NCBI RefSeq assembly: GCF_009834535.1
Contig: NC_045707.1
Coordinates: forward strand, 19,592,001 to 19,656,000
Source of the DNA: Camelus ferus
Taxonomy: Eukaryota
DNA length: 64,000 nucleotides
Direction of reading: 5' to 3'
Both the position numbers and the translations under genes were made by a program. Shown here piece by piece: positions 52,037 through 63,140 of this stretch; within the stretch, counting starts at the first letter, position 1; the number at the start of each line of letters is the position of its first letter. The notes beneath the pieces were generated by a model, which saw nothing but the letters and a program-made list of their open reading frames with translations, did not search any database and had not been told where the DNA came from.

Positions 52037-52156
52037 GGAGGGAGGGTATAGCTCAAGTGGTAGAGAGCGTGCTTATTAGCATGCACAAGGCCCTCCGTTA
52101 AAGTAAAACAAATAAATAAATAAAATAAACCTAGTTACCTCCCCCCCAAAGAAAAT
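52037..52156 (+). mobile_element. tRNA-derived SINE (vic-1-like), internally deleted
   Basis: A box tagctcaagtggtag present and B-box region missing. Perfect 12-bp TSD cagacctgataa (52025-52036 / 52157-52168). Confidence 0.9.
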
Positions 52157-53439
52157 CAGACCTGATAAACTCTCCCATAAAGCAACAGAAAACAATAAAG
52201 ATATTAGATAGATAACATAAAACAATAATGATATTAAATTAGGTAGGTAGGTAGATAGATAAATAGGCACCAAAAGACCATTGTAGATGCCCAAATCCAG
52301 AGAATAAGCATTGCAGGTGAAGAGAAGAGAAAAAATGAAATAATAATACATTTCCTATACTAGAGAAAGGTGGGTATGTCTGAGTATGCTGAGACAAGCT
52401 AGATAGAGAAAATTTACACCTCAAGAAACCAGACATTTAAATGTGATAGTAAAATAAAAGAATGGCTTAGAAGGCTTACTGCACAAAGAACAAATTCAAA
52501 ACACTTCTAAAAGAAATACTCAAATAAAAGGATAAATAAACAGAAGGATGATGCAAATAATATGAAACATAAAAATTACAATATAACATATTAATTACAT
52601 GATGTGTATTTTTAACTTTTAAAAAAGGGAGACTCAAAGATGAATAAAAGAAAATCTATATTCAAAGCAGAACTAAAATTCTAGAAAACATGTAAACAGT
52701 GGGGTTGCAAAGAAAGTCCAAAGTAACGTACAGAAACGGTAATATATTTGTTGTGATCCAAGAAAGAAATAGAAATGCCTAAGTTTAAGAAATCAGTAGA
52801 TGAAAATAAACAAAACTGAATCTTAAGGTATCCATCCTAAAAATAAAATATAATTTACAACTCAACAAAACAAAAAGTATCCACCCAATGAGAGACAGGA
52901 AAAGATTTTTTAAAGTAGTAACCAGTGGAAAAAATGGCATATATAGAATAAGATGGTAGACATCAGTCCTATTATATAACAGTCATCATGGAAAGAACAT
53001 ATCAGTGAATCCCATAATGAAAGACACAGAACTCAAACTGGGTTAAAAGCAATAACAAATAAATTCAGGAATGTATTGTATATAATAGACACACTTAAGT
53101 CTATTTTACCAAAAATATAAATTTTACTTTCATGTATTCTGGTAATTAAGGGTTAGAACTGAAAATAGCACTTTGGTTCTACAGAAGGAGTTAGAAGTTA
53201 CTATTAAAGTTTCAGAAGTTTGTTTAAAAATAAGACATTTTAATCAAAATGCAAAATTTCATTCACACCTATTTGTATGCTAAAGCAGTCATTTGCTTGA
53301 ATGTAACTAATTGATGAAATGGAATGGACAGAAAGTGTTAATTTGGTGCTTTGTTTGTCTAGAGCCCAGGATTTCCTACCACATACCACTAAGGAAATAC
53401 CTGAACTTCACTCATCACAATGAGTAAATGATAGATAAA

Positions 53440-53700
53440 TACCATCCCTCCCAAAAAAGACTAACTGACCTGATTGCAGGGTGCTCTGTAAAATTATTTA
53501 GATGATTTTCTGAAGGACACCTGCTTTTACCATCTCTTTAATCAATATAGAAATTTCTTTCGCCCCTACTATCCTTCATGGATTTACACTGACCACATGT
53601 CTGAGTCAGGGGAGGTCAGAGGTGCCCATGTGATGCACTCATCCCATTGCCACGGTCCTAATGGTAGCAGTTGCTTATTGGGAACATCCCATATGAACAG
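53440..53700 (-). mobile_element. ERV-L class pol fragment
   Basis: Minus frame ~53514-53590 reads VNP*RIVGAKEISILIKEMVKAGVL, resembling the ERV-L RT N-terminus (QYRIPGG.AEISATIKDLKDAGVV). Extent uncertain. Confidence 0.45.
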
Positions 53701-54299
53701 TAGAAATATTTCACATGCTTAAAACATCTAGTTCCAAAATACATTCAGAGTAGCAGCTACAACCACTTGGATATATAAAATGCCCATAAATATTTTGACT
53801 ATCAGCCCATTGCTGGAAGGCTTTGTGAAAACAGGTGCACAAAACTGCAGACGGTCCAAAATGCTGACAAACATCAGTTAATTTCAAGGACCCCAGTGGT
53901 GGGGGCCATTCTTGACTGACATCGTAAATCTTGCAACTTTATTTCTACTCCACTTTGATGATCAAAAGCAAATTATAAGCCCAGCCAAGTTAAAGAGAGA
54001 GAAAAGAAATCGTGTGCCCTGATGGAGACACTGACACTGTTGTTTTCTTTCAAGATTTTTTGAACATATTGTACCTACAGAAAGGAAAAAAAATCTCAAA
54101 ATTCTAAAGCCTAAGGCTTCTCACCCAGGTCTCTCAAATGACCAGCACAGCTTCCCTGGCCTCACAAGACCAACCGTGTCCTGCCAGGTCCCTGCGGCCC
54201 ACCACCCAGGCAAAACACTCTATCTTATTTGTTAGTATCTGTTGCTGTGTAGCGTTGTCACCCCAAATTTTAGCGGAAAAGATAAATTTTTATCACTAT

Positions 54300-54900
54300 A
54301 GTTCTGAGTGGAGACAGGACAGCTAGATGGCTCTCACATGGGCCTTTCATTTAGTTGCAATTGTAGGTGACGGCATTTGGAATCATGTAAAGGCTCAACT
54401 GAGCTGATGTCCAAGATGACTTTAGGTCACAGGTCACTACAGCTAAGACGGCTGAATGAGACGGGGGCTAACCAAGTCTCTCTCTCTCTACTCGCCTCTG
54501 CAAGGCTAGCTTGGGTGTCCTCGTTGCATGGCAATCTCACAGTATTTGAACTTTTGTTGTTGTTGGGAGGTGGGGAGTAATATTTTTTTTTTTAATGGAG
54601 GTACTGGGGACTGAACCCAGGACCTTGTGCGTGCGGGGCACGCGCTCTACCACTGAGCTATGCTCTCCCTCCTGAACTTTTTCATGACTCCTGGATCCCC
54701 ACAGAGCACATGTTCCAAAAAAAAAAAAAAAAAAAAAAAAAAGGGAGAAGCTACAAGTCTCCAATGATCTAATCTCTGAAGTGGCACAACTTCACTTCTA
54801 CAACTAAAGTCAAATTCAAGTCAGAGAGCCAGTCAAGATCAAAAGGGAGAGGAAAGAAACTACCCCCCACAGTCATGAAGCTGAAAAGGACCTCAAGGGC
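54300..54900. mobile_element. MLT1-type (MaLR) LTR remnant, interrupted by a SINE
   Basis: ggctcaactgagctgatgtccaagatg...gcaaggctagcttggg...cacttctac words typical of MLT1. Boundaries approximate. Confidence 0.5.
54556..54672 (-). mobile_element. tRNA-derived SINE (vic-1-like)
   Basis: Minus strand reads ggagggagagcatagctcagtggtagagcgcgtg...gggttcagtccccagtacctcc plus a tail. 9-bp TSD tgaactttt (54547-54555 / 54673-54681). Confidence 0.9.
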
Positions 54901-55069
54901 CACCAGGGCCAAGAGGCAAAGCAGCCGTCTACAGTCAGTCCTTCCTCCCACAGCTCTGCCTTTTCTAGAATCTCAGCCCCTCTGACCCTCATTGTTTCAA
55001 ACACAGTCTGATTGTAAGTCAATAACTTTTGTGTTTTATTCATATTTGCTGGTTGTTTTGAGATAATTA

Positions 55070-55552
55070 CAGACATATCTCAGAGCTATTATGGGTTCAG
55101 TTCCAGACACAATAAAGCAAATATCACAACAAGGTGAGCCACAGAAATGTTTTGGTATCCCAGTGCATATTAAAGTTACATTTACACTTTACTGTAATTT
55201 AAGTTTGTAATAGTACTATATCTAAAACACCAATGTACTATCTTAATTTAAAAATACTTCATTGCTAAGAAATGCTAACTATCATCTGAGAACAAAGGGT
55301 TGCTACAAACTTTCAATTTGTAAAAAATGCAGTATCTGCAAAGCATCAAGTCACCTTTCTCTCATCTACTAGTTGAGTGACCTTGGGTTAATTATTTAAT
55401 CTCTCTGTACTCCATTTCCTAATCTACAGAGTCAACAGGAATACTGCATCATAGGGTTACTATGAGGTCTAAGCGAGATAAACCACATAACACATTTACA
55501 ATAGTACATACTTCAGCACAGATGTGAAGTATATTAAAATAAGGTATGCCTG
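55070..55552 (+). mobile_element. Tigger1-derived non-autonomous DNA transposon with a ~170-bp MIR-derived insert (55345-~55515)
   Basis: TA|cagacatatctc ... aggtatgcctg|TA terminal inverted repeats with TA duplication. The Tigger1 5' and 3' ends are joined by an internal deletion. Confidence 0.85.
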
Positions 55553-56144
55553 TAGTCAGAAGAGGAAGTTTATCGACTATCATTAAAGACCACTTGGTTA
55601 TGCTTTTATTTATGTTGTGTTTTTTGGCATATGTTTGGCATATTAGGAGAGGCAAGGAATATTATTATAATTTTGTGAAAATCCATATATTTATTGTGAG
55701 GCAGTATTAAAAAGTTGGATTTGAAGATAAAGGCAGCTTATATTTTCCTAAGAAACAATGTCTTTATCCTCTTTTTTGTTTTTTGTTGTTTTGTTTTTAT
55801 CCTCTTGAAAAGGGAAAGTACTTTGAAAGAGGCTGTGTTACCAAGAGGAAAGAACAGATTCAATACACAAGATTAATGAATAATGTGTATTTGATAAAAC
55901 TAAAAAAAGAAACTGATTGAAATGTAGATTAGAAAGACAGAAGTTTCAGAAAAGTAGAGAACTACCTATCTGCGTGATGCTAGGTCCCTCACGGTTCTTT
56001 CTTAGACTTTCTTCTCAACTCCCAAGTTGCTCCTCTGCATTAGAAGACCACATCCACAACAGCCATGCCTCAGTTTCCACCCATATGCTGCTAACTTATT
56101 GTTTTCATTTGAATTCCCAATATGAAAATTGAAATATATTTCAA

Positions 56145-57083
56145 TTAATATTTCTTTGAAAGAAATGCAAGTCTTTTCAAGATGTCATGGAAAGATTGCT
56201 TTACTTGTTTATTTCTCAGGGTATAAATGAAGGGGTTCAACAAAGGAGCAACAGATGTCGTGAGCAGGGAAATTCCCTTATTAAGGGCCACTTCATCCTT
56301 AGCTGAAGGTTTGATATACATAAAAATGCAGCTGCCATAGGTCATGGAAACCACAATCATGTGGGAAGAACACGTGGAAAAAGCTTTTTTCCTTTGCTGA
56401 GCAGAGGGTAATCTTAGGACCATCCTGATGATGTGTATGTAGGGCAGAATTACACATACAAGGGTCATTATGAAGGTCAACACAGCACAGAGTATAACCA
56501 GCTGCTCTATGAACCATGTATCTGAACATGAATTCTTCAGTATTGGAGAAGCATCACAGAAAAAATGGTCAATAACAGAGTCACAGAATTCCAGGCGGAG
56601 ACTCAGGCCAAGGGGCAGGAGAATAATCAATAAGCCAGATACGCAACAACAGACGATGAGATTCCTGCGGACTCTGCTGTTCATGATGGTCACGTGGTGC
56701 AGGGGTTTGCAGATGGCCACGTAGCGGTCATAGGACATCACAGCCAAGAGGAAAAATTCTGTAGCTCCAAAGAGGACAATAAAAAATATTTGGCTGAAGC
56801 AGGCATTGATGGTGATGGTTTTGTCCCCACTTGATATGATGTAGAGGTACGTGGGGACACAGGCAATTGTAAATGAGATTTCTAAGAAAGAAAAATTTTG
56901 AAGGAAAAAATACATAGCTGTTTTTAAATGAGAATCCACCAAGATGGGGGAAATTATGGTCAGATTCCCAATTACACTTAACATATATGTGATCAACAGA
57001 AAGCTAAAAGCCAAAATCTCTAGTTGTGGATCATTCGTCAAACCCAGGATGATGAACGTTGTTACTGCCAAACGGTTTCTCAT
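56145..57083 (-). CDS. Olfactory receptor, OR6C2/OR6C68-like, intact ORF (312 aa from 57083; 316 aa if the ATG at 57095 is used), possibly non-functional
   Basis: 7TM ORF with [24 protein letters not shown] and [12 protein letters not shown]. Several conserved residues are substituted (see findings). Acceptor ctcttcAG|atct at 57148-57149. Confidence 0.85.
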   Translation of the reverse strand: MRNRLAVTTFIILGLTNDPQLEILAFSFLLITYMLSVIGNLTIISPILVDSHLKTAMYFFLQNFSFLEISFTIACVPTYLYIISSGDKTITINACFSQIFFIVLFGATEFFLLAVMSYDRYVAICKPLHHVTIMNSRVRRNLIVCCCVSGLLIILLPLGLSLRLEFCDSVIDHFFCDASPILKNSCSDTWFIEQLVILCAVLTFIMTLVCVILPYIHIIRMVLRLPSAQQRKKAFSTCSSHMIVVSMTYGSCIFMYIKPSAKDEVALNKGISLLTTSVAPLLNPFIYTLRNKQVKQSFHDILKRLAFLSKKY

Positions 57084-57869
57084 CACTGTCTTCATACTAT
57101 TGCCATTGGTTCAAGACTGCTTCACATAAAAGGCATAGAAATTAGATCTGAAGAGCAATGTCAAAATATGACAGAAGCAGACCGCATCTATAATACCAAG
57201 CAAACCCAGTCACATGCATGTCCTTCTGGAATTTAATAATCAGATTTTGATGAGATAATTCCCTCAAATCCACTGAAATGTGCCACAGGGAGCTTAAGCT
57301 TTGGGGAAATTTCTTTTTAAAATTACTGCTACTAAAATTGTTTTAAATATTCTAGGATCTCCCAACTCATAGCACTATTTCTAATTCTCTTTTTTTTAAG
57401 TCCATACTTCGGTTGAGACATCTCCTATTGGATCAGAAGTTGGCCACTTTTTAGCTATACTTTGATGGGTCATTGAGTCTATTTATTCCAAAGCATTTGT
57501 ACTCAAAAGCTAAATCCTAAAATTCGTTTGCTTTAAGTTGTGGTGCCTGATAAAATGCAAATATATGGAAGATAGCATTATGCCCTAGGTGCAGAATCTC
57601 TCCAGATCTTTCCTCCAGTGAACGAAGCATTATTTAAAGGTCAAGTTAGATTTCTCCCAGAAAATAGTCATTCAATGGCCCCTTTCTCCGGACTTTTTCT
57701 AAGTTCCTCTTATTTCCTTTTTTTCTATCTCTGTTCTCCGCAGAGAACTTTATTAATGCATGACTATTTTAATACAATTTGAAGAAAACATGGGTAAAAA
57801 TGGATAAATAGCTGAAGGATATCAAGATATACTTTGCTTTCCCTCCTTCATGACAGCAGAAGTGTGATA

Positions 57870-58110
57870 CATGTTTCACAGGGGCTAAATCTATGGACCT
57901 TGGAACAGTTTGTCTGGGATCAAATCATGTCTCTCTCATCTACTAGCTGAGTGACCTTCGGCAAATTATTTAATCTCTCTGTACTCCGTTTTCCTAATCT
58001 GTGAAGTGGAGTCATCAGGAATACTGCATCATAGAGTTACTGTGAGGTTTAAATGAGATAAACCACGTAGCATGTTTACAATAGTACTTAGGACATGATT
58101 AATATTATAC
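57870..58110 (+). mobile_element. MIR SINE
   Basis: gtctgggatcaaatc...actagctgagtgaccttcggcaaattatttaatctctctgtactccgttttcctaatctgtgaa...gtgaggtttaaatgagat follows the MIR consensus. Confidence 0.8.
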
Positions 58111-58574
58111 TTTTTTTCTGAAGCCAATCTTTCTCATAATCTCAAGAGGGCATTTAGCTCCACTAGGAGCACCTCCCTCTCTCTCTCTCTATCTCTCAGC
58201 ATCATCAATTTCTTCCACTTTTCTAGACGTACTTCATCATCATCCAAACATTCTCTGGTATGACTCTATACTTAAAAAAACAATAAAAATACTCATAGGG
58301 AGTGACACGTCAATCACTACACTCTTTTATATAGTTTTTACTTTAGGAAACATGTTAATCTGCATATTCAAAAATAAAATATATCTTCCAAACAGATAAT
58401 TGACCTCTTTATTAATATAATTTCTATCTACTCAGTTCATCTTTCAATGTGATATTAAGACAACTGCCCAAGAGTATGGTTACTCAAGATCTGGGCATTA
58501 GCCCCATAATAATAGTTATATTGGTCTACTCAGCTATTTATCTTCATTCAATGTTCTCTCTTCATTCAATGTTC

Positions 58575-58897
58575 CAGGCCTCCACTGCTCAATGCAGTAG
58601 CTATCAGCTATATATGGCTATTGAACACTTGAGATGTGGCTGGTTCAAACCAAGGTGTGTTATAACCATGAAATACACATCAGATGTCAAGACTTAGAAA
58701 ACAAATATATAAAATATACCATTTATAATTTTATACTGAATACATGTTGAACTGTTAATATTTTAGATATATGGAGGTAAATAAGATACATTATTTAAAA
58801 TCAAGATCACCTGCTTCTTTTTACCTTTTGAATGACATGACCAGAAAACTTTAAATTGCAAATGTGACTCACATTTTATTTCTGTTGCACTGTACTG
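58575..58897 (+). mobile_element. MER33 (hAT-Charlie) element
   Basis: Full-length match by recollection: caggcctccactgctcaatgcagtagc...ggctattgaacacttgagatgtggct...cacattttatttctgttgcactgtactg. Confidence 0.75.
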
Positions 58898-59329
58898 TTC
58901 TAGGTTTTCAAGTTCTTTCACATTGGGGAATTTTGAAAAAAGGATCTCCTAAGACAAATTAATTTGTTTTCTAAATGGCTTTCACGCTTTTGTAATATAA
59001 CCCTCAAATAACTTTGAAGTGTATGCTCCCTGACACTGAAAAAAATGAGGCTTTTTTTTGTCTTTGTGAGGTGAAAAGTATCAACTCCCACCAGGTACAG
59101 ACTTACTGCTGTACATTGCCAGGTAACAGACATTGTGAAAGAAAAAGGGACATTAACCTGGATTTATGAGACAAATAGTTTGCAAAGAGGTGATACAGGT
59201 ACTGAAAGATGGGGGGATATTAAAAATGGAGTGTTTACTAATGGTAATTGAGATATATAAGATATAAATACATAGACAGAGACAAAATAGATAAATGAGA
59301 GACAGAGACGGACAAAGAAAGAGAAAGTG

Positions 59330-59560
59330 AGGTAGATAGTAAATTAGGAGTTTGGGATCGGCAAATACAAACTACCATGTACAGAACAGATACACATCAA
59401 GGTCCATCTGTATAGCACAGGGAACTATAGTCAATAGCTTGTAATAACCTATACTGAAGAAGAATATGTATATATAGCTGTATCACGATGCTGTACATCA
59501 GAAACTAATACACATTGTAAATCAACTATACTTCAATAAAAATAAAAAATTAAAAAAAGA
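59330..59560 (+). mobile_element. L1 3' end with A-rich tail
   Basis: aaattaggagtttgggat...gtatagcacagggaactatagtcaat...aatcaactatacttcaataaaaa. Confidence 0.85.
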
Positions 59561-60629
59561 CCGGCAGAGAGAAATTAGGAAAGGGCTTCCTGTGTGTCAG
59601 TCAGACCACGGCACGTGGTGTTGCACCAGCTTAACGATGCATAAAATGCATCCTGCCCACGTTTCCAACTGGTGAAGATTCATGAGCTCTATAAATAACC
59701 TCAGAAATAACTGGATTTCTCAATAAAATATCAAAAACAAATAAATATTGAAAAAAATAATCATTTTTTTTACTAGAGTGAAACATAATCACAAACGCCT
59801 TCTCTATAAATTATTTGCTGAAACAGGCCTGGCTTGAAAACACCCCAGTACTTACCTCTGACATTCTTCATCGTTTCACCAGGAGGCTACACCTCAAATG
59901 ACCACAGTGAGCTTCACAGTTAAACAAAAAGTTACTAGTAGGATCGTCTAAGTGCATTCCCAGCCCCTCGCCCCTGGGAAGCTACAGTCACCATATATAT
60001 ACACATGGTTTCTAAACATATAATACCATCCTATTCTAAAATTAAGATATACTTCTGTGCACTCTGGATAACTGAAAGGAAGATAAAGTCCAAAGGGCAA
60101 GGAGGAGTTAGGAAGACACTCTGGCTCTGCGAAAGTGAATGTTCTGATTTTCTCTGCTCGAACAGGTTTTTACATTTATGACCCTATTTATTTCCTTCAT
60201 TTCCAACAGGTGTGCACAAAATAGGTGTGAATAAAAAATTCCTCGGAGGACCTGATTCAAAACTCTCCATTGAATTAAAAATATAATTTACTTTACAAAA
60301 AAAAAATCCTAAGCCAAGAAATAAAGATAATTTCCTGAGAGAGAAAAAGATGCAGCAGTAGTAACAAGCTCAGTCCAAGCATCAAAAGCACTAAGATTCC
60401 AGTGTCCCATCAGAAACCTGTTTCTAATTATTTGTTCACACATGGTTTATGCAATGCAACAAGATAGCCTTCTTATCTAAAATTACACCCATAACAATAT
60501 TTAATATAGAAAATTCAAAAATAGATACAAAAACTGAAAAAAGAAAACCATAGAAACTGTAACATCCAGAATAAACATTATTATTTTGGTGTTTCTCCTT
60601 CCAAATATTGCCTACCGTTAACATGTGAC

Positions 60630-61060
60630 TGCTGCACTATTACTAGTTTATTATAAAGGACACTTCTCTGGAACAGCCAAATGGAAGAGTTTCATAGAGC
60701 GCAGTATGGAGGATGGGGCAGCATGGAGTCTCCATGCTCAGCCCTCCCAGCATCTCGATGTGCTCCCCAATCTGGAAGTTCCCCTCACCTCCCTGTTCAA
60801 GAGTTTGTGTGGTAATCTCCCTCTCTCACTCACCCCGCCCCAGAGGCAGTAGACAGGGCTGACAGCTTCAGTCCTCTAGTCCTTTGGTCTTTCTAAAGAT
60901 CAGCCCCATTCGGAGGCTACCTAGGGTCCCCACCCTAAGTTTCCTTATGAGCATAAACACAAGGTAACAAAAGACACCCCTATCAATCAGAAGATTTCAA
61001 GAGTTTTAGGAGCGCTGTGCCAGGAACAGGGACAAAGACCACATACTTCCTATGACATAT
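60630..61060. mobile_element. MER21-like LTR
   Basis: ggaacagccaaatggaagag...ccctcccagcatctcgatgtg...acaaaagacacccctatc...ttaggagcgctgtgccaggaac...caaagacca. Confidence 0.65.
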
Positions 61061-61199
61061 ATATTTACAAAGTGCAGGTGCAGCAAGAGAGCAGTAAGCT
61101 TTTCACTATCTTTCTCTTAATCAATAGAACAAGCAGAAAAAGAAATGAGCGTGTGCAATGAAGACCTGATCACTATAGTATATAAGGAGAGTAACAGAT

Positions 61200-61582
61200 A
61201 TATGTAGAAACGCACCCAAAAGATGAAGAAGACACTTTTTCATTTTTTGCTTAAACAAGAGAACTATNNNNNNNNNNNNNNNNNNNNNNNNNNNNNNNNN
61301 NNNNNNNNNNNNNNNNNNNNNNNNNNNNNNNNNNNNNNNNNNNNNNNNNNNNNNNNNNNNNNNNNNNNNNNNNNNNNNNNNNNNNNNNNNNNNNNNNNNN
61401 CCATCTGCCTAATCTCCTGTTTTTAGAAAGACACAGTTAAATTGGATTAGGGATCACGCTAATGACCTCATTTTAACCTATTACCTCTTTAAAGAGCCTA
61501 TCTTCAAATATAGTCACTTTCTGAAGTAATGGGGGTTAGGGTTTCAACGTATGAATTTGAGGAGAATGCAGCCCAGCCAATA
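61200..61582. mobile_element. MLT1-type LTR (partly N)
   Basis: attggattagggatcacgctaatgacctcattttaac...gggggttagggtttcaacgtatgaattt is an MLT1 terminus. Confidence 0.7.
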
Positions 61583-61709
61583 ATAGGATCCTAGGGAAAT
61601 GTACAGCCTGGAGTTGTGTGAGACTTCAAATTGCTGTTAGAAAATAACTGAAACATACCAAGAATAATATAAAGAAACACATGATGTACTGGAAGCTCAG
61701 CTTATTAAA

Positions 61710-61977
61710 CATTTTTTTAACATTTTTATTGATTTATAATCATTTTACAATGTTGTGTCAAATTCCAGTGTTCAGCACAATTTTTCAGTTATTCATGGAC
61801 ATATACACACTCATTGTCACATTTTTTTCTCTGTGAGTTATCATAACATTTTGTGTATATTTCCCTGTGCTATACAGTGTAGTCTATTCTACAATTTTGA
61901 AATCCCAGTCTATCCCTTCCCACCCTCCACCCCCCTGGTAACCACAAGTCTGTATTCTCTGTCTGTGAGTCTATTTC
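61710..61977 (-). mobile_element. Young L1 3' end
   Basis: PolyT + tttattgatttataatcattttacaatgttgtgtcaaattccagtg...ctgtgctatacagtgtagtc...ggtaaccacaagtctgtattc. Confidence 0.85.
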
Positions 61978-62179
61978 TAATACAACACAAGTCCCTTGTA
62001 TAAAGATCACGGCCATGATCTCCCAAGCTCCAGAAGTATCCTTACCTAGAGCTGAGCACTTCTGGTTTCCTTGTGTTCCTTTATACCTACATACCTGTGC
62101 AAATGCAAACTATATGTAAAACAGTTTGTATGTGTGTGTTTTAAACTTTGCATAAATGTTATCATTCTGTATGCTTTCT

Positions 62180-63140
62180 TTCCAATTTGTTCTATTGTGG
62201 TAAAATACACATAACATAATATTTACCATCTTAGCCTTTTTTAAATGTATAGCTCTTAAGTAATAAATACACTCCTAATGTTGTCCAACTATGATGCCCA
62301 CCCATCTCTGTAACTCTTTTCATCCTGTAAAACTCAAACTCTATATCCATTTAACAATAATCCCCAGTTTCCCAATCCCCCAGCCCCTGGCAACTACCAT
62401 TAATGCTTTGTTTTTATTATTTTGCCAACTTTAAATACCTCATGTAAGTGNNNNNNNNNNNNNNNNNNNNNNNNNNNNNNNNNNNNNNNNNNNNNNNNNN
62501 NNNNNNNNNNNNNNNNNNNNNNNNNNNNNNNNNNNNNNNNNNNNNNNNNNNNNNNNNNNNNNNNNNNNNNNNNNNNNNNNNNNNNNNNNNNNNNNNNNNN
62601 ATGCCACAAAAGAAGAAATGATAGAAATTAACTATCTCCATCTAAAGTTATACAAAGAATTTGATACACATATGTAATGAGTTGTGTATTACATTCATAG
62701 CAGCCTTATTTATAGTAGCCAAAACATGGTAACAGCCCAAATGCCTGTCAACAAGGGAAGCAATGAACACATTCTGGTATGTTCATACAATGGCAAACTA
62801 GGTAGCAACAAGAGCAGGCAATCCTGAGCTATACACAAATAAAGGACAAATCTCACAAACACAGTCCTGAGCAGTCTCATTGCTTGTATAGAAAAAATTA
62901 AGGAACAAAACTGAATGATAGAATTTGGAACGATTGCTAATTTGGTTAAACTATAAAGAAAAGTATAACTTTTCAACTATTACTGTTAAAGTCAGAAGAG
63001 TGGTTAACTTCAGGAGAGACAAGAATTTTAGTGGTTGGGAGAGGCACAAAAGGCACTTGTGGGGTCCTGGCAGTGTTCTCTGCACTGCCCTTGGACTTTT
63101 TTTTTTTTTTCCGTATTTCAAAATAAAAATAGCATAGGAA
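62180..63140. mobile_element. Old L1 3' fragments (L1MB minus strand with an N run; L1MC/ME plus strand)
   Basis: gtggtaaaatacacataacataatatttaccatc (L1MB), and attcatagcagccttatttatagtagccaaaac...ggggtcctggcagtgttctc (L1M 3' UTR). Confidence 0.65.

Noticed and set aside
54717-54742. Long polyA tract considered as the tail of a retrocopy
   Set aside because: It lies within an MLT1-like LTR with no upstream mRNA-like body or TSD; more likely a simple A-run expansion.
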